64,000 bases of DNA from Macrostomum hystrix (lineage: Eukaryota > Animalia > Platyhelminthes). The DNA lies in NCBI GenBank assembly GCA_950097015.1, contig CATNEN010000001.1, positions 24,118,001 to 24,182,000 on the forward strand, written 5' to 3'. Under the pieces are notes generated by a model that was not told the origin of the DNA, did not search any database, and was given only the letters and a program-made list of their open reading frames with translations. The position numbers and the translations under genes were made by a program. Numbering within the stretch: the stretch's first letter is position 1; each line of letters starts with the position of its first letter. Of the stretch, positions 48,196 to 58,135 are shown one piece after another.

Positions 48196-50587
48196 TGTAA
48201 TGTATGTTAATACCATAAGATTTAAACTCATATTCGCGTCTATTCGTGCGCGGCGCGTTACCGGCATTTCGCTAATATAATAAAATATTAAATAATAAAT
48301 ACCTTTCTCAATAAATAATTCGCAACAATATAATTTAAGTCGTTCCGTCTACAAATGGCGACCACGCCAGAACGAGCCTCAAAACAATTATCCGTAAGCC
48401 CATATCATATGACGTCGACACAGACTGGGACGGCATTGACTCGACCTGGGATGAAGATGATATGGATCAGTCTGATTGGAAAGACCATGAGTCAGAATAT
48501 GAAGACGACAACGGCCATAAAGCCGACTGGGTCGTTCTCGACGACAAAGACGATAAAACGGCTAAACGGGGCTGCGGCCGTTGTGTCCCATGCAAGCGGA
48601 AGGTGGATTGTGGCCGGTGTGACGTCTGCCTGCACCAAACTACTCTGAAGTCAGGCTGCCGATTGCGCTGCTGTGCCAATCCTCATTTGCAAAGGATCAG
48701 CTTAAGTCAGGACTGTCACGTTGCTGTTGCCCACAAGGAAACTATTACAGTTAGTACCCAGGTCGACGACCGTGACACAGGTGCGGCAAACGCGCCGACA
48801 GCGTCAGCAAAAAGCTGAATCCAGTCAACGACGTGCAGTTCAATCAGCACGAACATCAACTATGCGTGCTGGAGCGTTCTGCAGAAGGTCCCCAGCAGCT
48901 TTCAAATCGGCAGTCAGATGAGGATCCTCAGCTGCCATCTCAACTGCCATCAGCGACCAGAGACGAGCCAAGGACGCTCGCCCATGCCCTGTCTGAGTTG
49001 CCATGCGACGCCAAGCACTGCAGGCATCCGTCGCTGGAGGGTAAAGGTTCACTGGTCAGTCAGCACTGCATGCACGATTAAAGAGCCAGTTGGGCAATCT
49101 GAACCAGCATCCGTGACAACACCAGCGTTGGCACCCCCGTCAACATCACTTGCTGAGAGCTCCGCCGTATCTGAGCATCGTCTGAGAGCCTCGGGTAGCG
49201 TGGGGCAGAAGGAGCCCCCCGCGCACTCAGTTCGGCGTCCTGTCCGGCACCGTGTCATGCGCACCGCTCGGCGTCGAAAGCGACGCCGTCAGCTCCGCTG
49301 TCCTAAAAGTCAGCGCGCAGGGCGACACATGCGGGGCCGTCGCGATCATCGGCGACGCAGTGGGCTAGGCTGGCTCCGAGTGGAGCCATGTATGACTCTA
49401 TGGAGGACCAGCGCCATCTGCCGCACTCTGTTACCGCCAGAGACACCTGGTGACTGATGGCAGGCGACCACCCGGTTTCGCCGATGCTGTCTGGCAGTCA
49501 GCTCTGATCAGCTCGACCCCGGCGGACTCAGGATTCGCACAGAGTAAATGCGCAACTTTAGGATCCAACTGCTGTCTTCTGCCTTCGGTAAATGCACTTG
49601 GCCTTTGGACTACTGTGTTCTCTACATTCGTTACTTAAAGTAGTGCGTTTTTTATAGCGCTTGACTTTGCGTTGGCTTTGGCTGCGGCATTCCAGGACAG
49701 GTGTTCTTTGGCCATCTGTCGCAGCGCATGCCTGGGGTTTTCGCTGCATGTACTATTCCCCGTTTGTTTTTTTTGCAACTCCGCGAGGTCCAGGACGACG
49801 AGCCTTGACCAGTTTCAGGCTTCGTGCTCCTGTTGTGACCGGGCTGCGTTTTTTGGCCCCGTTTGCTGTCGTGCCGTTGCTTTGAGTAGCTGTTGTATGT
49901 AACTGGCTAGCTATTGCACGGATCAGCACGGTTTGTAGAGACTTTGTGCACCTACCTCTGCCCCACCCACTTATCAGTAGTGCATCGTGTTTAGCTGCCT
50001 TTCGCATTCCAGTGTACATGGAATTGGTTTTTGGTTTATTATTTTGTGATTGTTTTAATGCATGGCTACACAAATGTTTTATGTGTTCCCCAGTTGAAAA
50101 TATGCTAATGATTTCACCATTTTTTGTTATAATCGCTACAAATATTCTATCGAATTCTCAACTCGGTTATCTGCTTATCGTTATATATGCATGTTGTAAT
50201 TCTCAATGGGGACATTGACTTTTGGCGGAGCGGAGGGGAGCGATTTTCTTGCCCCATTTGAATGTGCGCATTTACTGTAATCTTCCATATTTTAACATTC
50301 GCGATGTAATATTGTACTAGTATTATATTGTATTCGTATTTTACTTCCTTTATCTACTGTAATTTACTGTATTCGTATTTGTTTTAATGTTTGTTACTTG
50401 AATACTGCACGTCATCGCGAACCCTTAGTCTGTACGCTGATATTTAAATACACAATTATGGTGATTGGCGGCCAGACCAGTGGCACTCGTGGGTTAATTG
50501 CTCAAATTCGGCCTTGTAACCATTGGGAGTTGCGTTGTGTATTGTTCATAATTTAAAGCGGCCTTGGCAACATGCATTTTTGTTACA
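48196..50587 (+). mobile_element. Putative non-autonomous or decayed LTR retroelement
   Basis: TGTAA..TACA segment 48196-48352 followed 2 nt later by PBS-like TGGCGACCACGCCAG; polypurine tract ggcggagcggaggggag near 50225-50241; TGTAAT..TTACA segment 50305-50587; no RT or integrase seen. Confidence 0.45.
48462..48818 (+). CDS. CXXC-type zinc finger protein fragment, likely a frameshifted element ORF continuing to about 49457
   Basis: KRGCGRCVPCKRKVDCGRCDVC..SGCRLRCC has zf-CXXC spacing (CGxCxxC-x5-CGxCxxC-xn-CxxRxC) and follows an acidic stretch. The frame is also open for about 35 codons upstream of the Met. Confidence 0.65.
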   Translation: MDQSDWKDHESEYEDDNGHKADWVVLDDKDDKTAKRGCGRCVPCKRKVDCGRCDVCLHQTTLKSGCRLRCCANPHLQRISLSQDCHVAVAHKETITVSTQVDDRDTGAANAPTASAKS

Positions 50588-50899
50588 GAAAAGCAAATTA
50601 CATTGGCCGACGGGCTACAGCTAATGTTTTTTTCTTAAGATTATGTATTTATAGGACATGTATAAAAACTACGAGCTGCAAAGGGTTGCTGCAATGCTGC
50701 GAATAAACAAGTGTACTAGCAAGACATGTTAATGCACGATAAAGGTTTAACTTTCTGATTGTTAAAGAAAACAATCGTGATTGATTGTTTTTGTGCTGTG
50801 TGCGAGCGATTTGAAAATAAACCTTTTTATAACAAAGTCGAATGAGCCAAGTCTTAATTTAGTAAATACTAACTTTGTTAAATTTATTTTAGTTAAATT

Positions 50900-52825
50900 T
50901 AGGGTTTAAGAAAAATACATCCCTAAACTCTATGTGTCATCTCACTTAAATTCATGCGCTAAAAATACAACCCGCAAATTTATGTAACAATCAGTAAGAA
51001 ATCTCCGGGTTGTATTTAATTACAACCCGCAAATTGGCCATACACTTCAATACTGTATTGGGGGTGTGGGGGCGAAGCCTCCACATTCTATACCATAGAC
51101 ATATTTTATAAAGACAGACATAAGACAGATAAATAGCAGCAAAGCCTAACTGAAACAAATTTAACTTGTACTTAAAAGTTACACTACAGTTTACATCCCT
51201 TAACTAATGGCAGAACGAAGACTTATTTTAAACCCGTTAGTTGATTATTCTAAAGAATATGTCGGAGACTATGATCCAAATAAGCTTACGATGGACGATT
51301 TAGACCTACTGCTGGACGCTGGTGAAGATTTGCGAAACCCTTACGCATTGCAAGAGGTGCGGTCGTCGCGTGAAGAACCTGGTCCATCAACGCTGCCCAA
51401 GGACTTGACTCTCGATATGGTTCGATCAGTTAATGAGTCAACAAAGCCTGCCAATACCGCCAATCGGAACAAGTGGTCCGCTGGCGTCTTTGATAGGTGG
51501 CGCTCTGGCCGTTCCAACGATTCTATTCGTGCTGTGCAAGAACTTAGCGATGATGAGCTAAACGAATTCCTTCCTGTTTTCATTCATGAAGTTACCCGTG
51601 CCGATGGGACTCAATATCCGCCAAACACACTCGTGTCAATTGTTGCTGGTCTGCAACAAACTATCTGCAAGGTGCGTAAAGTTGATTTATTTCGCAATGA
51701 GCGATTCAGCATTGTGCGTGAAAGTCTGGACGCCGCCATGAAGATTGGGATAAGAAATGGCTTAGGACTAGCCAGGAAATCTGCTGAAGTTGTTGGCTAT
51801 GAAGATGAGGAGAAACTTTGGGAGAAAGTGTTAGGCGACAAAGATCCTACGAGTCTGATCAGAGCTTTGTTTTATCTTAACGGCTTGCATTTTGCTCTAC
51901 GTGGCGGTGAGGAACATAGTGCCCTGTGCATTTCGCAATTCAGTGTGCAAGAGCGAGAGGGACAGAAATGTATTGTTTACAAAGAGATGGCCACGAAGAC
52001 GAATGCTGGTGGATTGCGCGACACTCGCTTCAAACCAAAGGAAGTTCTTCACTTCGCCAATGCAGCCAATCCGGAACGTTGTCATGTTCGGCTTTTCGAG
52101 CTTTTTAAGAAAGTCAGGCCTAGCCAGAGTAATAGATTTTACCTTCTGCCGCTGAAGCAACCACCGGAGAAGCAATGGTACTCGAATCGTCCAATTGGCA
52201 AAAACACCCTGACAAAGTTTCTGCATGAAATGTGCACTGAAGCCGAGATTTCTGGCCACAAGACTAATCATAGTCTACGCGCTACATGTGCTACACGTCT
52301 TTACCAAGCTGGCGTTGAAGAACAGCAAATAATGGAACGAACAGGTCACCGAAGTTTGGCTGGAGTCCGCACGTACAAGCGGACGTCCGACATTCAAATC
52401 GCCAATTCCTGCGCTGTATTGGACACTAAAATACTACGCGAGGCTGAGACAGACGCAGCTAGCGTCCGCGGTGAGCGTCAGCTGAATTTCAGTTTTAATA
52501 ACTGCTCAGTCATAATAAAAAATTGATTACATGCATGCGATGAACCCAACTGTTAATAACAAAAAACTGATCTACCTTAAGTCAAAACAAACTAACATAA
52601 GTAAACTAAGCTACCTTGTTGCCCACCAATAAGACCTGCAAATTTTCGTTTTCCAGTTATAAGATTCTCGAGATTCAAACGAGATTCATAATCTCGTTTT
52701 TGTCATCCAGAATGAAATATAAAATATACAACTCGAAAAAATACAAATTCTAGCTCGGTGTTTTGTGTCTATGGTAAAAATACATCCCGGAAAAGACCTT
52801 CGCAGGGATTTAAGTAAAATATACT
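50900..52825 (+). mobile_element. Crypton-like DNA transposon, ends approximate
   Basis: Intronless tyrosine recombinase ORF flanked by repeated TACA(A/T)C(C/T)C(G/T) motifs, an 11-bp inverted repeat and an imperfect direct repeat. Confidence 0.7.
51207..52526 (+). CDS. Tyrosine recombinase, Crypton/DUF3504 family, 439 aa
   Basis: DGTQYPPNTL, HFALRGGEEH (R), TKTNAGGL (K), TNHSLRAT (HxxR), TGHRS (H), VRTY (Y): the full catalytic set is present. Confidence 0.92.
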   Translation: MAERRLILNPLVDYSKEYVGDYDPNKLTMDDLDLLLDAGEDLRNPYALQEVRSSREEPGPSTLPKDLTLDMVRSVNESTKPANTANRNKWSAGVFDRWRSGRSNDSIRAVQELSDDELNEFLPVFIHEVTRADGTQYPPNTLVSIVAGLQQTICKVRKVDLFRNERFSIVRESLDAAMKIGIRNGLGLARKSAEVVGYEDEEKLWEKVLGDKDPTSLIRALFYLNGLHFALRGGEEHSALCISQFSVQEREGQKCIVYKEMATKTNAGGLRDTRFKPKEVLHFANAANPERCHVRLFELFKKVRPSQSNRFYLLPLKQPPEKQWYSNRPIGKNTLTKFLHEMCTEAEISGHKTNHSLRATCATRLYQAGVEEQQIMERTGHRSLAGVRTYKRTSDIQIANSCAVLDTKILREAETDAASVRGERQLNFSFNNCSVIIKN

Positions 52826-53203
52826 TCAAATACAAGCGAGAGTAAAAAAGTAAATATTGGAGTACTAATTCAATAAAGCAATTATTGCCTCGTATGAACT
52901 GACGGAAAGGTAAATGCGTGCTTGCTTTCAACGATTTCTAAAAACTGGTGTACATAAATTTAGTAATACGTGTATACTACGCATTCATTTTCGCGCTTCA
53001 ATGTTCAATGGTATATTTTTCTATATTGACTCATAGAGCATGCATGTTGTGTTCGAGCTTGTAATCTAAAGATACTAAAATACTAAAAGGGGTCTAAAAA
53101 TAATTTATCCAACACAGCGAATATAATTGTACTGCGCTATTTAATGTGCATGTATATGATCACTAGAATTAGCAAAAACCATAAGAAAATTCAAATAAAT
53201 ACT

Positions 53204-56169
53204 TCATTCGGCGGCCGGATCCATGCTCAGAAGTGGCTCAATCTCGTTTGAGAAGTCGTTGCTCTTCCGCTCCACTCCTCTGTACAGCATGAGACCAAGC
53301 CGGTTAGCTGAGTTGCCACCGACGCCGCAGCCGCTGCAGTCCACAATCCTGGCAGGTTTGCACATCCGATACAGCCGGTGAAGCACTTTGCACCCCGGCA
53401 GCCGGAGGTCGGACTCCTTCAGACGCTCCCTCATCAACAGGATGGCGAGAGATCTGCGACGGATAAACAGCGACTCATTGCTCCACTGTGCACTGTACAA
53501 GCTGAGTCTGTTATCAAGGAAGCCTCGACTCAGGACCAGCACTGCGTGCCTGCTCTTGTCGATAGCAGAGGCTGCCTCATCCAGGATGTTGGACCCGATC
53601 GGGGCGTCCCTCTCGGCTTCGTAGAGGCGAAGTTGCAAGTCCTTCTCCAGCTTCAGCACCAAGGACTGCACCCACTCAGTGACCGAGTTGTCAGTCTCAT
53701 CGTAGATAAAACAAGCGCTGCCAGGGGTTTGCGAAATAAGAAATGTTCATATCAACGTTTTAGGCCTTGGTCAAATAAGACGCATTAACACATGCATATA
53801 TATATTATAACTGTCTGAATGCCATGAGAAAATACTGATAATAATTATTTAACTAAAGCAGATATAGTATAAAAGAAAAGTTCAAATCGATTGAAAGCTT
53901 ACTCGTAAGCCCACTCAGTGCTTGGTTTCCGTTTCGCAAGTCCATACTTGATGCAGCAAACTAGTATTGTGTAGCGCAGCTTCCACTGGAACTTGACCAG
54001 CCATCCGATCGCTGTGAACATGACTAGCAAGGCTGCAATCGTTGCTGATAAAAATAAAATCACTCGCCTGCTGTAGCAGCTCCACCAGGACAGTTGAAAG
54101 TCCAGCAAGCGAATTTCCTGTCTCGCTCGTGTACCATCTGGCATCGTGTAGCAGTTGGCGTTAGACAACCAGTCGCCAATACCATCGATCTCGTATGTGG
54201 GCCACTGCTGCCGGATCCAGTCCGCTAAGGATCTCAGCTCGCAGTTGCAAGCAAACTGGTTGCCCCCCAGCTGCACTCGCAGATTATTCGGCATTCGCCT
54301 AAACATTTCCACGTCCAGTTGCTCAATGGGCGTTGAGGCCAACTTTAAAATCTTCAGGTTTGGCATGTTCGCGTACAACAGCTCACCTGGGACTGCAGAA
54401 AAGCGATTGTCTACGAGGTCCAGTTGGCTCAGATGTGGCATTTTAATTGTCAGGATGTCCTCTAGCTTAGCGATTTCATTAACAGACATCGTCAGAGTTT
54501 CTATGGATGTAATACTTGCCAGCAGCGACTTCAAAACGCCTCTAGTTTGCCTACCAAACAGACATTTTTCGAGATTAAGCCTTCTAAGATTCGACAAGGG
54601 CTCAAAGAAGCCGTACGCTAGGCATTCGGAGTCACCGAAAAAACGATTTTTTGCTAGACTAAGGCTCGTAAGCTTAGAACAGCCATGGAACCATGTTTTC
54701 TTGAATGGGCACTTTACTTGCTTCAATGTGTGGAGGTCCTCCATTGTCAAGGATGTCAGGTTCTCTTGATCCACGAATGCATCAGTGAGCTGGTCTGCAA
54801 TGCCCGTTTGTGACAGGTCGAGGGAGTCGAGATTAGGCAGGATTCCCCGAAGGGACTTAGCTCTGAACTCCATTTGGTAGTTGCCTCTGAGGCTAAGTGC
54901 CGTCAGCTTTGGCGTTTGCTGAAGGGCAGCTGATGGAAATTCGGTGAGTCGGTTGTCGTCGAGACAGAGTCGAAGGAGCTTGGAGACTCCTCGAAATGTG
55001 CCCTGAGGCAAATCGGTGCTAGTGAGCTCACAGTTGACGATCGACAAGCGCCTGAGTTGTGGGCATTGAAACGTTCGATTGATGCCTAAGAAGCTTATCG
55101 GCGAATTTTCAATCACAAGCTCCTGTAGCTGAGTCAAGGATGCGCAGAGTGCGTTGAAAGTGTCGAATGGAAAGCTTCGAGCTTGTCCATGGAACTGAAC
55201 CGATATCGAAATGATCGTCGTAGGAGTTTTTGTCAATTGTAGGGCTCGTACCAGCCCAGACAGAAGTCGATCATTCAAATCCGAATGGGTCATTTTAAGC
55301 TGCTTGAGCGAGTAGTTGCGAAAAACCGAGTCATCAATCGACCGCACGTGATAGAACTCAAACATTAGAACAGTCAAAGAGAATCCAGGCAGCTTGGCTG
55401 GAGCATCGAGCGTAAACTTATTCGCATTCTGATCAAGACGTAACTGCAGTTCAGACGTGACATTCGCGATGTTTGCCAGGAAAATGCTGGAGAAGTTGCT
55501 GTTGACACTGGGCATTGTGCCCCACAATTCGAAATCGAAAATCTTGGAACTCGTGTTGAAGAGGAAGTCTATTCTTTGGATCAAGGTCGGCGAGGACCGA
55601 ATGGAAGCCACTTTCAGCGCAGGAAAGCCGACGAAGGAATACCTGCCCAGTGGCAGTGCTCCTGCTCCCAAAGACACAGCCCAGAAGTCCACTTTGCTCA
55701 GATTCTTGGGGCAGCAAAGGATTTCTGAAAGCCTGCTTAGATCCATCGATACTTTTGTGTAGGCCATCTTAAAGATTTCAAGCCCAGTCAAATGGCTGAG
55801 CACGCGCTCCTCCTTGAACACATAGGTGCACATGATGGCGCTAAACGAGACTGACGTCACTGCTGCCCAGTTGACGTTGCGAAAGAAGCTCCGCTGAATC
55901 TCACGCTCCGGCCTAACAGTGGCGACTTTGCACGAGAATGCCACCCTGGCGATGGGACAGACTGTCGGATTGATGGCGTCGCCGATGGCATCCATGCTAG
56001 CCTGGTTGAAGCACTGCTCCATGGTTGAGCACTTCAGATCCTTACCATAGTGTGAAACTGAGCAGTTGCAGGGCGGCGGGAACCTGCACGGGACTGGGCT
56101 AGAAGGGATCCGGGATACTAGGAATGCGTGCGCCAAGCAGTTGATTAGCAGCAATGCAATCCACTTCAT
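53204..56169 (-). CDS. Toll-like receptor (signal peptide-LRR-LRRCT-TM-TIR), about 926 aa. Exons 56169-53903 and 53717-53204.
   Basis: Signal peptide MKWIALLLINCLAHA; LRRs (LxxLxLxxN); LRRCT GGNQFACNCELRSLADW; TM VILFLSATIAALLVMFTAIGWLV; the splice restores TIR box 1 WAYDACFIY; ERDAPIG; SRHAVLVLSRGFL. Confidence 0.9.
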
Positions 56170-56509
56170 GTTTGCTCGGCAATTTCTGATTGTTTTAGCG
56201 ACTTCAATTGACAATCGAGTCTTACAGCGTCAATTTTCTTCGCAAAGCGATCGTGTCCCGTAAAAATAAGATCGCGCTTCATCCGACAAGCTCACACAAA
56301 CACACCGATCTGACAAATTTCAAACGTCGTAAAAAAACAAGCACACCACAAGAGCGTTCCTAATGTACAAATATCTACCAATGCTTCAAGTCATTTTAGT
56401 GTCAGGCTTGTAGGGTAAGTAAAAGCACATACAAGAGGAAGTCTGATAGATACAATTCTATTTACACGGTACATATACGGTATGTTTCAAACAGGAAATA
56501 AGTAGATGC

Positions 56510-57550
56510 GAATCTGGCTGCGATTCTACCGTAAACATCCAGCTGCGATTCTAACGTAAACATCTAGCTGCGATTCTAACGTAAACATCTAGCTGCGATT
56601 CTACCGTACAAATCTAGCTGCGATTCTACCGTCAACATCTAGCTGCGATTCTAACGTAAACATCTAGCTGCGATTCTAACGTACAAATCTAGCTGCGATT
56701 CTACCGTAAAAATCTAGCTGCGATTCTAACGCAAACATCTAGCTGCGATTCTAACGTACAAATCTAGCTGCGATTCTACCGTAAAAATCTAGCTGCGATT
56801 CTAACGTAAACATCTAGCTGCGATTCTAACGTAAACATCTAGCTGCGGTTCTAACGTAAAGATCTAGCTGCGATTCCAACGTAAACATCTAGCTGCGGTT
56901 CTAACGTAAAGATCTAGCTGCGATTCTGACGTCAACATCTAGCTGCGATTCTGACGTCAACATCTAGCTGCGATTCTACCGTAAAGATCTAGCTGCGATT
57001 CTACCGTAAATATCTAGCTGCGATTCTATCGTAAAGATCTAGCTGCGATTCTACCGTAAAGATCTAGCTGCGATTCTACCGTAAAGATCTAGCTGCGATT
57101 CTAACGTAAAGATCTAGCTGCGATTCTGACGTCAACATCTAGCTGCGATTCTACCGTAAATATCTAGCTGCGATTCTATCGTAAACATCTAGCTGCGATT
57201 CTACCGTACAAATCTAGCTGCGATTCTACCGTAAACATCTAGCTGCGATTCTACCGTAAAGATCTAGCTGCGATTCTACCGTAAAGATCTAGCTGCAATT
57301 CTACCGTAAACATCTAGCTGCAATTCTACCGTAAACATCTAGCTGCGATTCTACCGTAAAGATCTAGCTGCGATTCTACCGTAAAGATCTAGCTGCGATT
57401 CTACCGTAAAGATCTAGCTGCAATTCTACCGTAAACATCTAGCTGCAATTCTACCGTAAACATCTAGCTGCGATTCTACCGTAAAGATCTAGCTGCGATT
57501 CTACCGTAAAGATCTAGCTGCGATTTTACGTAAAAATCTAGCTGCGGTTC
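56510..57550. repeat. 25-bp minisatellite A
   Basis: tctagctgcgattcta(c/a)cgtaaa(c/g)a repeated about 41 times. Confidence 0.95.
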
Positions 57551-57559
57551 TGCTGCTAT

Positions 57560-58135
57560 CGATTCTAGATGCCGAATCCCGCTTCGATTCTAGATGCCGA
57601 ATCCTGCTTCGATTCTAGATGCCGAATCCTGCTTCGATTCTAGATGCCGAATCCTGCTTCGATTCTAGATACCGAATCCTGCTTCGATTCTAGATGCCGA
57701 ATCCTGCTTCGATTCTAGATGCCGAATCCTGCTTCGATTCTAGATACCGAATCCTGCTTCGATTCTAGATGCCGAATCCTGCTTCGATTCTAGATACCGA
57801 ATCCTGCTTCGATTCTAGATGCCGAATCCCGCTTCGATTCTAGATGCCGAATCCTGCTTCGATTCTAGATGCCGAATCCTGCTTCGATTCTAGATGCCGA
57901 ATCCTGCTTCGATTCTAGATACCGAATCCTGCTTCGATTCTAGATACCGAATCCTGCTTCGTTTCTAGATGCCGAATCCTGCTTCGATTCTAGATACCGA
58001 ATCCTGCTTCGATTCTAGATGCCGAATCCTGCTTCGATTCTAGATACCGAATCCTGCTTCGATTCTAGATGCCGAATCCTGCTTCGATTCTAGATACCGA
58101 ATCCTGCTTCGATTCTAGATGCCGAATCCTTCTTT
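57560..58135. repeat. 25-bp minisatellite B
   Basis: gattctagat(g/a)ccgaatcctgcttc repeated about 23 times. Confidence 0.95.

Noticed and set aside
48355-48648. ORF starting ATGGCGACCACG as the CXXC gene start
   Set aside because: It is out of frame with the CXXC finger, and the ATG overlaps what looks like a primer-binding site.
56170-56214. ORF-track start of the TLR at 56214
   Set aside because: It uses a non-ATG codon; the ATG at 56169 begins a typical signal peptide.
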